Shown piece by piece: positions 42,360 through 55,602 of a DNA stretch of 64,000 nt; the stretch's first letter is position 1, and each line of letters begins with the position of its first letter. Origin of the DNA: Cyanophora paradoxa CCMP329 (taxonomy: Eukaryota > Plantae > Glaucophyta); the NCBI GenBank assembly GCA_004431415.1, contig QPMI01000710.1:1-64000 (forward strand), written 5' to 3'. The notes under the pieces were generated by a model. The model was given only the letters and a program-made list of their open reading frames with translations. It was not told the DNA's origin and made no database searches. The translations under genes and the position numbers were made by a program.

Positions 42360-45300
42360 ATGGACTGCGGGGCCTTCGGCGGCGTGATGATCCCGAGCGC
42401 TGTGTCCCTACGAGGGCGACAGCTGTTCGCGCGTAGCCTCGCCGTTAGCCAGACGACCCCGATCGCCGGCCTTCAGCGGTCCGGGCTGCGTCAGCATGCG
42501 TACGCGAGGGCAGCTTTCGCCTCGGTGACGCTCGAGGGCGCATTCGCGAGCACTCGGTGGGCGCTCGCGCTCAGGCGCGGGCTCGCGGCCAGCTCCAGCG
42601 GCAAGCAGCCGCTGCCGGAGGCCGCTCAGGCAGCTAAGAAGAAGGCCGGGGACGAGGGCGAAGGCGCGGGAGGCGAAGGCGGTGAGGTCCCCGCGACGGT
42701 TGATCTCTCGAGCATCTTCAAGCAGGCCCTGCGCGGCGACCCCGTCATGAAGCGGATCGAGAAGCAGCGTCGCCAGGGGCGCCTGGAGGACGACTTCGAA
42801 GACGACGACTTGGATCTGGACGAGGAGGACGAGGGCGGGCTCCTGCCCGAGGACGTGGACGCGGAGGAGGAGATGGCGGCGGCTGCGGAGCGCAGGAGGC
42901 GCGCGTACGTGCCGCCGCCGGTGCTCGACGAGGACGGGAACCCGCTCGAGGACCTCACGGAGGACGAGATCCGCGACCTGCCCCGCCGCGAGCAGGCCCG
43001 CCCCGATCAAATCGCGCCCGCCCACGCAGCCGACGCGCCCCGCAGATGGACTACATGCACCGACGTGCCTGCGAGCTCGGACAGGACTCGTACAAGGACA
43101 TCGAGACGGGGGACGAGGCGCGCGGCCCGCCGCCGCGCCCCGCGGCGGAGCGCGGCTGACGCCGGCGCGCAGGTCAAGACGGCGGTGTACCACCTGACGC
43201 GGGGCGTCTGCTGCGAGGAGAAGGGCTGCAGGCACTGCCCGTACGGGTGCGTTGCCCCCCCGCCCCGCCCTCGCCCCGCGATCCAGCCGCGCGCTGCGCA
43301 GGTACGTGTCGCCCGGGGTGTGGCGGGAGACGCACCTGCCGGAGCTCTTCCGCGGCATCGAGCTCAAGCCCTCGACCGAGGTCTGCCTCGGCTGCGGCTC
43401 GGCCTTCCAGGTCCCCCCGCCCGCCCCGCCCCGCCCCGCGCCCCTCGCCCGCCCCGGCCGAAGGGCCGCCGCGGGCAGTGCGAGGACGAGCGGCAGCCGG
43501 GCTTCCTCCCTGAGGCCAAGATGAGCGAGCTCCCGTCCCTCGCCGCCGAGGTGCGCCCCCCGGGGCTCCCGGGCTCCCCAAACCGCGCGGCGAGGCCGGC
43601 GGCGGCGCAGGGCCGGATGGCGATCTGCAAGCGCTGCTTCCAGCTGAAGCACTACGGGAAGCTCGCGCAGCTCGAGATGAACCCCGAGTGCGCCCCGGGC
43701 CTCGCCCGCCCCGCCCCGCCCCGCCCCGCCTCTGACCCCCGGCCAAGGGACTTCCGCCGCAAGCTCGCCGGCATCCGCAAGAAGGACTGCCTCGTCGTAA
43801 AGATCGTCGACATCTTCGACTTCCAGGTCTGCTCCCCCGGGGGCCCTTTCCCGGCCGCCCCCGGCAGCGCCTTAACCCGGTACCCCGCAGGGGACCTTCC
43901 TGCGGGACCTCTCCGCGATCGTCGGCGACAACCCCGTCATCCTGGCCCGCCCGTACCCCCCTGGCGCACCGGGCCGCGCCCCCTGACACTCCCCCTTCTC
44001 CCTCCCACCAGGTGGCGAACAAGGCGGACCTGCTGCCGGCGGGGGTCAACAAGGAGCGCGTCATGACCTGGCTCCACCGCTGCACCAAGGCCCGCCCGCC
44101 CCCTCCCTCTCCCCCGCCCCGGCCCCCCGCCTGACGCCGGCGCAGACGATGGGGATCCGGGTGCTCTGGTCGATCCACCTCATCTCCTCCTTCACGGGCG
44201 ACGGCGTCGAGCAGCTCGCCGAGGACATCGACTACGGTGACCGCCCCCCGGCGCCCCTTCCCTGAGCCAGCCAGAGCCGGCCCCGCCCCTGAGCCGGCCC
44301 CGCAGCGACCCGCGGGCGGGACGTCTACGTCATCGGCGCCGCCAACGTCGGTGCGCCGCGCCGCGCCGCGCCCGCCGCGCCGGCGCGCCTCACCCCGCCC
44401 CAGGCAAGTCCACCTTCATCAACCGCCTCCTGAAGCTCGCCGCCGGCGGCACGCCCGGTCCGCCCCGGGCCTGGGCCCCGCCCTTCCTCGCCCCACCCTA
44501 CCCCTGAGCCGGGCGGGGCGCAGGGGCCAAGCCCAAGGAGAACTTCGTGACGGCGTCGGCCGTCCCAGGTACCACCCTCAATCTCATCTCCATCCCCCTC
44601 TCCTTCAAGCGCGTGCGCTCTACCCCCGCCGCGCGTCACCCTCCGCGCTGGGGCAAAGCCGACGGAGCCGGCGGCCGCGCAGAAGGCGGCCGCGGCGGGG
44701 GCGCGGAAGCCGCCGAAGGGCCCCAAGCGGCCCTCGACCCTCTTCGACACCCCGGGCATCCTCATGCCCCACCAGGCCCGCCCCCGCCCCCGCCCCCGCC
44801 CCGCTTCCCCGCGCCCCCGCTGACATCGCCCCCGCAGCTGACGCGGTACCTCAACACCGACGAGCTGGCGGTCGTCGTACCCCGCAAGAAGCTCCGGCCG
44901 GCCACCTTCCGCCTCACCGTACCCCTCCCCGCCCCGCCCCGCCCCGCCCTGCCCCTCGCGCCCCTCACACGAACGGGGGCGGGGCAGGCGGGGCGGTCGC
45001 TGTTCCTGGGGTCGATGGGGCGGCTGGACCACGTGGAGGGGCCCCCCATCCTTGCCACCGTCTTCCTCTCCCAGGCCCGCGCCCCCCCCCCCCCCCCCCC
45101 CCCCCCCCGCCCCCTTCCTGACGCGGCGGCGGGCCTGCAGGAGATCGTGCTGCACATCACCAGCACCGACAAGGCCGACGAGATCTTCCAGCGTCTCGCC
45201 GGTACGGTCCCCTCCTCCCCGGCCCCCGTTCCCTTGGTTTCTGACGCGGGGCCCGGGGCAGGGACGACGCTGACGCCGCCCTTCTCGGCGGAGCGGGTGG

Positions 45301-45707
45301 CGGAGCTGGGGGCGATGCGGCCCTGGGAGTACGGCTTCGAGGGCCGCTCCTGGACCCAGGCCGAGGCGGACCTCGTCTACTCGGGCCTCGGCTGGGTCTC
45401 CCTCGCCTCCGGCGCCGGCCCCGTCCGCGTCCGCGCGTGGGCGCCCGGCCACGTCTCCGTCACCGAGCGCATCCCGCTCATGCCCTTCGACGTCGGGAGC
45501 CCCGAGAAGGTCACGGGGGCGCCCATCATGCGCACCCCGAAGGCCAAGGGCAAGGGCAAGGCGCCCAAGGCCGCCGCCGGCGCGGGGGCCGCGGAGGGGC
45601 CGCCGGCGCCGAAGAAGAGCGGCGGCTCCCGCCAGAAGCGCGAGGCCGAGGAGCGCCGCGCCGCCAAGCGCGCCGCCGCCGCCGGCGGCCCCGCACCCCA
45701 GCCGTAG
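42360..45707 (+). CDS. Circularly permuted GTPase of the YqeH/NOA1 family with organellar leader and DUF5522-like Cys/His domain
   Basis: CLGCG..FQ..PGF, ICKRCFQLKHYG, VKIVDIFDF, VANKADLL (G4), YVIGAANVGKSTFIN (G1), SAVPGTTL (G2), DTPG (G3), DLVYSGLGWV. Confidence 0.9.
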
Positions 45708-46328
45708 CCCCGTCTTGCTGTTTCACCCAATTGCATTGCAGTATAATAATCGGATCTTCGAGCCCTCGACTGTCTCGATCGTTGCTGATTCTAGCTCATG
45801 ATCAGCGGCTGTTGGGCAGTCCTCGTAGTTCGAGCCGCGGAGGAGTGCCGCTCAGGAGGGCGTTCAATTGTACCGAGAGGCGGTTGCGGGAACCGAGGGG
45901 GGAAGAGCTATATTTTCTCCTCTTGAACCATAAGCTTACCGAGAGGAGAAACGCCCTACCGCGAGAGTAGAGGAGAACCCTTCGGTATAAAAGGCTGTAG
46001 CAGAACTCTTTGCATGCGGTAGAGCGCGATCGCGAGGTGCGCGAAATTCTGCGCCCAGCCCCCGTCCGCGTATTCCACGCCTTGTCGTTCGACGTCGACG
46101 TCGTTCGCATCTGATCACGACGGCCGCGTGCTTTCGGCAGGTTTCTCGGCCGGGCGGCGCGCACCGAACCGGCGTCAGTGCGCCACGCGACGAATTTCGC
46201 GCCCGGGGGCAAGTGCGCGATCTGCTGTTCTTTTTTATTTTTTGCGCTGCTGCATCGAGCGCGCGCGCGCCTCTCCGCGCACTGAATTGGCGCGCTGCGC
46301 GAGTTTTCGAACAGGCGCTCCTCGCATC

Positions 46329-49300
46329 ATGGCGCGTCCTTTCGAGTTCAACTGGGGCGCGGCCGGGGGCCTACCTCCGGCCCAGGCTCCGGACCCGCTT
46401 AAGGTCCGTCACACCGCGGCGTCATTCTAGATCTGACGCGCGCGCGCACGTGCGAAAATGACTCCCGGCCCGCGAATTAAATCATAAACTCTCTCGCCCA
46501 GGAACCCGGTGACCGGAGCCGGATGTCGACGTCGACGCGTCCCCCGTGGAAAACGAGGCGACCATCGATATCGTCGATCGCGAGGATCCGCCGCCTGCGG
46601 CCGATCCGACGAGATGGAAATATTACTCCGACGTTGATCACGAGGTGCATATCGCGCGCGCGATTGTGAGCGGAGCGCCCTCCCGGGCCCGGCCCCGTCA
46701 AAATAGTGCGGCCAGGATGACGAGGATGCATATGCCCGCGAAATATCCAACAACAATATTATTAATGCGCCGGTGTGTTGCGCTCCGCGGCGTAGAATGG
46801 CGCGCGCCCGAATTTTCGCGAGTTAAAGCAGCACGCGCAAGCGCAGGCCCCGCGCACGCCGGCTCGCCGAGGGCGCGCGGGGTCTGTGATCATGAGCTAC
46901 AAGGAGAGCGAGGGATCCGGATCTGATGCCGAGGACTCCGGATCCGAGAGCGAGGTCCGTTTTTTTGCGCAATCAATCTGCGTTTTTTTTCTAAATCGTC
47001 ACATTCGTGCGCTCATGATCAGGAGCCGCGCGCCTCCGCTGTGAAGCGCCGCCGAGTCCAAGGCTCCAATGCGGCGACCCGGAGCAAGCTTAAGACAGCA
47101 GCTGCAGAGCCGGCGTCTCGCAGGTGCAATATTAATCGCAATACTCACGCTTCTTATTGTATGGAACATTTCCAACGCGCTAGCGCTGTACATGTTAAAT
47201 CTGGATTTCCAATTTTGTTTTGCAGGCTTGGCAACAAGGATAGTCGACGTCGCAAGGGCACAATCGAGGCGCGGGCTCCGAAGGTTTGCCTTCCGCGACG
47301 TACCATCGAAATTAAAACGTTCCGATACGCATACCTACGGTGAATTCCGAATTTTGACTCCAGATTTAATTTGCGCAGAAGGCCCTCGTTCGCTTCCTTC
47401 CGAACGACGGCAAGCACCCCGCGACGGGGCGCCTCGTCGAGAAGTTCATCTGCGGCAAGCTCGAGTCCCGCGCGGTGCTCTCTTTGCTTTCGGGTAGGGT
47501 TGGCAGCTTGAAATTTCAAGCCATTGAAATTGCATTGAAATTGAAAATTCAATTTCAATTTCAACGTCGCCCGTTGAAATTGCATTGAAATAGAATATAA
47601 AAATAATAAAATATATTGAATTTCTCCGTTTTCGCACCCTCAGCTTCCCCTTCCCAGCCCCTCCGGCCTTCCCGGGAGCCCTCCCAGCCCGTAAAGAGTC
47701 TCAGAGAGTGAGAGTGCAGTCGATTAGAGACAATTCAGAGTGAAAGAGACTCTCTGGCAGAGTCTCTGCAGTGCGTGGGGTCTCTGCAAGTGCTGCACTG
47801 CGGATTGAAATTTCAATTGAATTTTCAAAGCTTTCAAAGGGTCGACTTTCAGTTTCAACGCCAAATTTTTGAATTTCATGAAATTCACCAACCCTACTTT
47901 CGGGGCGTTCCAATTCGCAACATCGATTGCGATGAATATCTATTGGATTTTATTTGCATTTGCGTATGCATGTGAGCCGCCGATCATGAGCTAGAGGCCT
48001 GAATTCGAAGAGCAGGTCGCGGACCAGTACATCATCCGGTACATCCTGGCGTGCGTCGGCCCGAGGCGCTACCGCAGGGCCATCAAGAAGAAGTGCCCCG
48101 CGCGCCTGCACAAGTTCGCCTCGCGCCGCATGCTCAACGGTGCGCCACTAACCGCGTCTAGCTATAGATCTGCAGCGGCGATATTTAATTCTTATGCAAT
48201 TGATGATCGCCCGGCCCGCGGCACCCGCAGCGTTGATGGCCGAGTCGTGGTTCAAGGCACTCTTCCCTGGGGGCCGGCAGGAGGGCTACATCCCGTTCGC
48301 GCGCCTCAGCGCGAACAGCTGGACGGATGACGACGAGGCGGTCTTCGAGGGGGCGTGGGAAGCGTTGCACACGGAGCTGCTTCCCCTCCTCATTGCGGAG
48401 CCCGCCATCGACGCCGCCGCCGCCTCGCCACAGGTCTCTTAAGCTTGCACACTTCATTGCGAGCTTTATAAGAATAGCTTTATATAGATCATAATTAAAT
48501 CAGACGGCGGTCTGTGAGTAAATTAGAAAATTCCGCCCTCGAGCTCTGACAACGTTCGCTCGCAGGGTCGCTCGGACAACGAGGACGAGGACGGGGATCC
48601 GGAGGACGAGGAGGACGAGGAGGACGAGGAGGAGGAGGGGGATCCGGAGGGCGCCCCCGAGGAGGCGGCGGTGCCGGGCGAGCCGGCGAGCGCGAGCTCG
48701 AGCTCGTGGCCCCCGCCCTCGAGCTCCAGCGCCCCGGCCCCGGCCGCCCGCGGCCATGGCCAGGTTCGGAAATTCTAATCGGCGACAAATAGAACTTTAA
48801 TTTACAGAGCTCGTTCAAGCCTGACGTCGTTCAAGCAGCCGGCGGCGGCTCCCCGCGCGGGATCTCAGGGGAGGACCTCCTCCCAGGTGCGCGCTAATAT
48901 TCCTTTCTCGTCATTAAATCATTTTAGCTCGCCCCATGCGCTGGCACTCGTGTTGATTCCGTCCCGCCACTGGGCCGCCAGTCCCGCCAGCGCCAGGCGT
49001 CCTCGGCCGCGGCATCCAGCCCCGCGAGCCCCCAGCGGCAGGTCCGACGTTTAATCTGGGCTCACATTGCTTGCGATTTCCGGCGCCGACCGCGGAAGTC
49101 TGAAGCGCGCCGCAGGCCAGTACCGGTTTGCCTCGGGCCGCCGGCGCCGCCGCGGCCGCCAAGCCCTCCGGATCCGCCGGCGCCAAGCGCCCCGAGGCAG
49201 CCCCGGCCGCGGAGGAGCCGGCCGGCGCCGGCGAGGCCGACCTCCGCGACCGGCGCGCCCGTCGCGAGGGCGCGGCCCCCGCCCCCGCTTCGAATTCGTC

Positions 49301-49997
49301 GCGATCGTCAAAGCCGACCGCCGGCGCCGGCGCCGGCACTGGCGCCGCGCCCGCGGCCTCCCCTGCCGCGCAGGCGGGGCCACCACCCCGGCCGCGGCCG
49401 GCGGCCCCGCGGCCCCGGCGCCGCTCCAGCCGGCGCCGGCCGCGGCCCCGCGGCGTGGGCGGGGCCCGAGCGGGAGCAGGAGGCCCCGTGGGGGCCGGGG
49501 CCGCAGGGGAGCGGGCAGCTGAAGCTGGGGCGGGTCGGCGTGGAGGGCGACAAGGTTGTGCGGCGGGTGCGGCTGGCCAAGTGGCCGCCGCCCCTCGGCG
49601 GGTGGCCCCCCGAGGCCCACCTCGTCGTCGTGCGCCCCTCCGCCTTTGCTCCCCTTCCTCGCGCACTTAAATTGGCTCTGATCGACTTTTCAATTCTGTA
49701 ACTAAAATCGCGATCGGCCCGCAGCCGATCCGTGAGAGCATGACCATGACAGACATTCTCCGCCGCGCCACGAACCGCTTCGGCAACCCCGAAAAAGGGG
49801 TGCGGCCGCCTCCGGATCCTCCTCCCTTCAAGCTTATTAAGTTAGCTTCGCGCCGCGCAAATCAGACTGATGGTCGAGGGTCGCATGCGCAGGAGAGGAT
49901 CACGAGGATCCTGTGCTACGACGAGGCGGAGGGGGCCGTCGTGGGGACCGTGGAAGACGTCTCTGACCTCATCGAGGACCTCTACTTCTGCTCCTAA
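46329..49997 (+). CDS. Intron-split hypothetical protein (possibly more than one gene)
   Basis: Exon-like blocks (DPTRWKYYSDVDHE; KALVRFLPNDGKHP; YIIRYILACVG; AESWFKALFP; ERITRILCYDEAEG) bounded by splice sites; no recognised domain. Confidence 0.4.
47495..47896. mobile_element. hAT-family MITE (402 bp)
   Basis: TIR TAGGGTTGG / CCAACCCTA. Perfect 8-bp TSD CTTTCGGG at 47487-94 and 47897-904. Subterminal TTGAAATT/AATTTCAA repeats at both ends. Confidence 0.9.
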
Positions 49998-50399
49998 CTT
50001 TATAGGCTCGAGCTCGTGCCACGGTGTACATTTTCGCAGAAAAGAATGGACTTTTTCGCGATCGCCTTCTCTAGATTTCGCGTCGACGTCGGTTTTCGCG
50101 CCTTAGGCTACTGCAATACATTTCTATGAAGTTAGCTCAGCGGCTAGAAAGAAAGCAAGTGCAAATCAATATCCATACAAAGCAACCATGCCGCGACGGC
50201 GGCGGCGGGCAAGGCTAATGTCATATAAATGTATTGCAGTAGCCCGATAAATAAAATCCCGGACCCGGGAGTCCAGTACTAGTAATACACTGTGCAACAC
50301 CAATATGTACGATCGCATCCTCGCCGGCTCGCCCCGCCAGGCTGCGATGCCGCCGGCGGCGGCGCTGGCGGGCGGTGCGCATGCGGGCGCCCCAGCTCG

Positions 50400-51179
50400 A
50401 GAGGCACAGGCCTCCGAGCTCGAGCCTGCGGACGGGGCCGGCGCGCTCTGCAGGGCTTCAGAGGAGCTGCTCGGCGGGGCCGGCGAGGGCGAGGATGCCG
50501 GCGTCGTGCGCGTCGGCGTCGGCGAAGGCCGCGCCCGACGCCTCCGCCGCATCCGCCCCGTCCTCCGCCTGCACCCCTCCCCTTGGGCGGGGTGGGGGGC
50601 GGAGGGGCAGGGCATGAGGCGCGGCGCACGTCGGCGAAGGGCTCGCCGTCGGCGGCGGCGTCGAAGCCGTCGGCCGTGTACGCCTGCACGGAGGCGGTGA
50701 GCGAGGGGGCGCCTCGGGGAGAGGGGGCGGGGGCGGCCCCGCCCGCCCGGCGCGCCGCGGCGCGCACGGTGACGGAGTCGTCGGCGGCGGCGACCTGGTC
50801 GTCGTGGTCGAGCTTGAAGCCCAAAAAGCGGCGGAGGCCGGTGGCCGGCGCCTGGCGCGTGGCGAGCGGCGCGTTCTGCTGCAGGGACGCCATACCGTTC
50901 CGGCACCAGATCGCGTCCTGGCCCTGGACGGGCGACGGCTCCGCGATACTGTAGTTGGCCGGGCAGCAGGCCATGGCGCTCTGCGAGGCGGGTCGGCGTC
51001 ACTGGGCCGCGGGCGGCGAGTCTAGAGGGGCGCGGGCGGGGCAGCCTCGCCTCGCGGTAGGCGTAGATGGGCTGGCCTTCGCCGTTGCCCTCCCAGTTGA
51101 TGTTGCCGCCATACGAGTCCATGATCGCCCGCCCGCCGATGGTCGCCGAGGCGACGATCTGGTCGAGCCAAGTCGGCAT
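50400..51179 (-). CDS. Small intron-split hypothetical protein; 3' end approximate
   Basis: MPTWLDQIVASATIGG...IYAYRE / SAMACCPANYS...DDSVT / AYTADGF exons with host codon usage. Confidence 0.45.
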
Positions 51180-52098
51180 GCGTCCCGTGCCGGCCGCGGC
51201 GGCGCGCGGACGCCAATTGCAAGGCGCGCGCACCGGCACAGGATGCTTTCCGGCAGGACAATACCTCAGACCGGATGACGTCAGGATTTCTGCGCACGCG
51301 GCAAGCTTAAGGTGGGCACGCATACGGCCGGCCTCGGCGAACACATGTACATCCGACCGCATACGCGCAGAACGTCGCGCGGCCGGAGTGCCAGCCGCCA
51401 TGCATATGGCCAGCGCGATCTATCCGGCGCAAGCGCCTCCTATCCACGTGCAACACGCCGCAAGGAGCAAAAACACTCGGTGACTCCAGTGACTCACTAT
51501 CGGTTACGTAGGCGAGCTTGCCCGCGTCGTTGTCGGGGTATTTCTCGAGCAGGAAGCGCTGCTCAACCAGTCCTTGGAGGAGGGCAGCCTTGAAGCTCAT
51601 CGGCATCTGCTCAAGCGTGAGCATCGGCGGGCAGTCCCGTCCGGACAACGCGGCTCGCCTCCGGGGTAGGTGCAGCTGCGGCGGCCATCTTCCGACGTCT
51701 AGGCTTTCGATGCGCGACGGGTGGCCTAGGCCTGGCGCTGAAGAGTCTCGAAGCTGTTTATCACCTGGTGAGGACAGAGGTGTACCCCTGCCGGGCGCCC
51801 GCCTCATGATCCGCGCGCGGCCCGCGAGTTTGTAGCCGTGCCGAGCCGCCGAGGCCCGCCGTCGGTGCTGGAAACCAGGACCGGAACCAGGCTGTGCTGG
51901 GCCGGGCTGGCCGCCGGGCGCCGGGCCCGCGGACGGGCCGAGGCTACGCGTCACCTTGCCAGGGCCCAGGGCTGGCCCAAGTCTCGTTCTTGAGGCGCAA
52001 GGGCGATTAATTCCAATAGTGTATTAATTACGAGCGCGCCCTCTTTCCACGCGCGCGACGCCCCGGGGCGGGGCGGGGCGGGGCGGGGCGGGGCGGGG

Positions 52099-55000
52099 CT
52101 AGCGGGCGGTGTGGGCGCCCGAGAGGGAGAGCCCCTCGAGCCTGCTGACGGCGCGCTGGAGGGAGGCCCCGTCCAGCGCCGGCGGGGGCCCCGGGGCCGG
52201 CCCCGCGTCGGCGCTGCGGGCGATCGAGGCGACCGAGGCGAGGCGGGAGCGGCGGGCGCCCGGCTGCAGGCTGCCCCGCGGCTCCTCCAGCGCCGGGTCC
52301 CGCAGCACCAGAAGGAAGTTCGGCACCGGCAGCTCGTTCTTGTCCAGCCACTGCACGCGCCCCGCGGGCCGGCGCCGGCGCCTCGTTAGAGAGGCGCGCG
52401 CGCCGGTTGCCGCCCCTCCCGCGCGCACCGTCCGCCACGTCTTGGGGGGTATCCCCGCCTGTTCGGGGGTACGCCGTCAGGAGGCGGCGCGGCGGCTCGG
52501 AGGGTACGTCGCGACCGGCGCACCACCTCGCGGAGCTCGTTGATGAAGTACTGCACCCGCTCTGAGAGCTGCGCGGCGCGAGCGCTCGGTACCCCCGGCC
52601 CGCCCCGAGAACGCGGGTACCCCCGGGTGCGCGGACCTGCTCGCGGAGGGAGAGCCCCAGCACGATGCCGTACAGCTTGTTCGCCGTGAATTTCTCCCCC
52701 TCTTCCAGGTCCCTGCGGGGCGCCGGCGTGAGGGGAGGGGCGCGGCCGCCTTGAGGAGGGCGCGGGGGGTACTTCTTGATCTGCTTGAGGAGGCGGAGCT
52801 CGATGGCCGTCGGGCGCGTCCCGTTCGCCTTCTTCTCGAAGACTGCGGCGGCGCGGGACGGGGTGGGTGGCGGGGGCAGGAGGTCGGGAGGGGCGCGGGG
52901 CGGGGCGGGGCGGGGCGGCCCAGGGGATGGGGTGCGGACCCATCTTGACGAGCTTGGGCCACCAGGCGTTGGAGGAGAGGGCGGCCGCCCGCGCCGAGAG
53001 GTCCATCTGGCGGGCGTGGAGGGCGAGGGCGGCACCGCCGCCGCCGACCTGCGGGGGGCGGCGGGTCAGGAGGGAGAGGCTGAACACCCCCGGGGGGGCG
53101 GGCGGGCGGGCCTGGAGGGCGTGGTCGACGGCCTGGAGGCGCCGCATCATCGACGTCGGCCGCTCGGCCTCCATCCTGCCCGGCGGGGGTCAGCCCGGCG
53201 CGGGGCGGGGCGGGGCGGGGCGGGGGGGGAGAGAAGGGGCGGGCTTCTGGATGGCGCGGAGGAGGCCGAGGTCGAGGGCGGCGCGCCGCTCCGCGAACTC
53301 GCGCCGCCGCGCCACCACGTCCCCCTCTGAGCACGCCGCCCGCTCGAGGAGGGGACGGGGCGGGGCCGGGGGCCGGGGGCGGGGGCGGGGTGGAGGCGCA
53401 CCGGGGAGGTGCCAGTTGGGGGGAAGAGGTCGTCGGGGATCTCCCCGTCCCGCCCCTTCTTCTTCTTCTTCCTGCGCCCCGCCGCTCCAGCCGCGCCGCA
53501 GGTGGGGGAGGCGGGGCGGCGGGGCGGGGCGGGGCGCGGACCCGGGGGAGGCGCCGGGGGAGGCGCCGCGGGCGGCGGCGGCCTTGCTGGGGGCGACGAC
53601 GTTCTCCACGAAGCGCTCCAGGCTCTTCTCCCACCGCGGCGGCCACAGGCTCTGCGCCCCCGCCCCGCCCCCGCCCTCAGCGCGCGTCGGAGCCGGACGC
53701 GGCGAGAGAGGGGCGGCGCGCCTGGCCGGGGAGGCGCGCGGTGGCGATGGTGGCGTGGCCCCCCGCCGGCTGCGCGTGCCGCGGCGGGTGCGGCCGCACC
53801 GCCACCGGCTGCCCGTCCGGGCCCAGCGGCGCCGCCCCCTGCGCCCGCCCCGGCCCCTCGCACCCCGGCCCCGGCGAAGGGGCGAAGTGTGGGAGGATGG
53901 GTACCGAGATGGTCCTGCGGGATGCGCGGGAGACGCGCGAGACGATGCTGGCGGCGTCGCTCGCGTCCTCGCCCCCGCTGCGGGCGCGCGTTCGGGGCAC
54001 GCGGGGAAGGCCCGGGGGGCGGGGCGGGGCGGGGGCGGGGGCACCTGGCGTGGGGACCCGTGGAGGGGTCCCCCGAGGTGGAGGGCCTCGACTGGTCGCC
54101 ACCCCTCCGCCCCGGCGACGGCGGCTCCGTCCCCGCCCCGCCCCGGGGCCCGGCGACGGCGGCGCCTCCGCCCCGCCTTGCTCGCCCCAGCGGCGTCCCC
54201 GGCGGCGACTCTGACGCGTTCTCCCCCGCCGCTGCCGCCGCCTCTGCGCGCGCCAGCGCCCGCGAGATCGGATGCGTGCGAGGGGGCGCGGGCCGGCAGC
54301 GGCGGCGCGCGGGCGGGACGCACGGCGGGCGGCGGAGGCCGGCAGGGAGACCCGCGTGACCTCGAGCACGCTCTTGCCCGCCTGCCGGACAGCCTAAGAG
54401 GGCGCGCCCAGCCCCCGTCGGCACGGGCCCCGCACCCTGCACTTCTTGCGCCGCAGGTCCGAGCCCCGGATCTCCTGCCAGAGCTGCACGTACCCCGTCT
54501 TCGGCTCGCCCCCCCGCGTCGTCATCGGCCCATCGTCCTCGACCTCCTCCTCGGCTGCGGGGACGGGGGCGCGCGGCTCAAAGCGGGTACCAGAGGCTGG
54601 GGCGGGGGCGGGGGCGGGGGGGGCGGACCGAGGTACTCCTCGAGCTCGAAGATGAGGTCATCCCTGCCCCGGATCATCGCCTTCTTCTTCTTCACCGCCT
54701 CCTGCTGCTGCTGCTGCTGCTGCAGGACTGCCCGCGGCGGCTCGGCGCGGGGGGAGAGGGGCGGGGCGGGGCGGGGCGGGGCGGGGCGGGGCGGGGCGCA
54801 CGCTCGGCGGCGTTGTGCTGCGACTGCCTCCGCGTGAACTTCTTCGAGTAGCGCAGGTGGAGGTCCGGCGGCCCGAAAGGCACGTAGGAGGTCCCGATGG
54901 AGCAGAGCCACCCCGTGTGCGCCCGCTTCTGCGGGACCCGCGCGCCGCGCCGGTCGGCCAAAGCTTCGCCCCGCGGCCGGACCGGAGCGCGCGGACCTTC

Positions 55001-55100
55001 TCGCGCTCCGCGGCCTCCGCCAGCAGCTCAGCTTCTGTCCGCTCCGTGACATATGAGAGCTCCCTGCGGGCGGAGCGGGTCGGACGGCGCCCTAGCCTGG
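52099..55100 (-). CDS. Intron-split hypothetical protein; start approximate
   Basis: Coherent exons (HLRYSKKFTRRQ, RDDLIFELEEY, LWPPRWEKSLERFV, NAWWPKLV, KLYGIVLGL, WLDKNELPVPNFL) separated by CCCCG-rich introns. Confidence 0.55.
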
Positions 55101-55602
55101 CGAGGGCGGCGGGCACGGAGAGCGCGCAAGCTAATCCCTCGGTGAGGCTGAGATAAGATGAGCGTTTAGTCCTGAGTTGGAGGAGGCTGGCGGCGGCCGG
55201 CGGCAGGAGCTAAGCCAAAGCGCGCCCTTGACGCAGCCACGCAGGATCGGGCCACGGCTGCTGTAGCTAGCGATTCCGCGCATGTGGCCCCAGAAGTCGC
55301 TCGCGCGACGGCCGCTACAGCTATTTTCGCACCGGCGGAGGCTGACGCGCGCGAAGAGAGGCCCCGGATCTTCCTGCTGCGTCGACTTGGGCTGCTTGAG
55401 TGCCCCCTTCATCTAACGAGAGGCCGGACGGCCCACACTCAACCTGCCCTCCAGGCCACCGCAAAGAAGATTTGCACAACGCGCCGCAGTCCTGGAGCCG
55501 TTAGCTACACCCAGAATCCAGGTATGAGGCCCGCCGGCCGCAACGAGCAGCTCGGCTGGGGGGTACGCCACAAGGAAAGCGAAGAGCGGCCAAGACGGCC
55601 GG

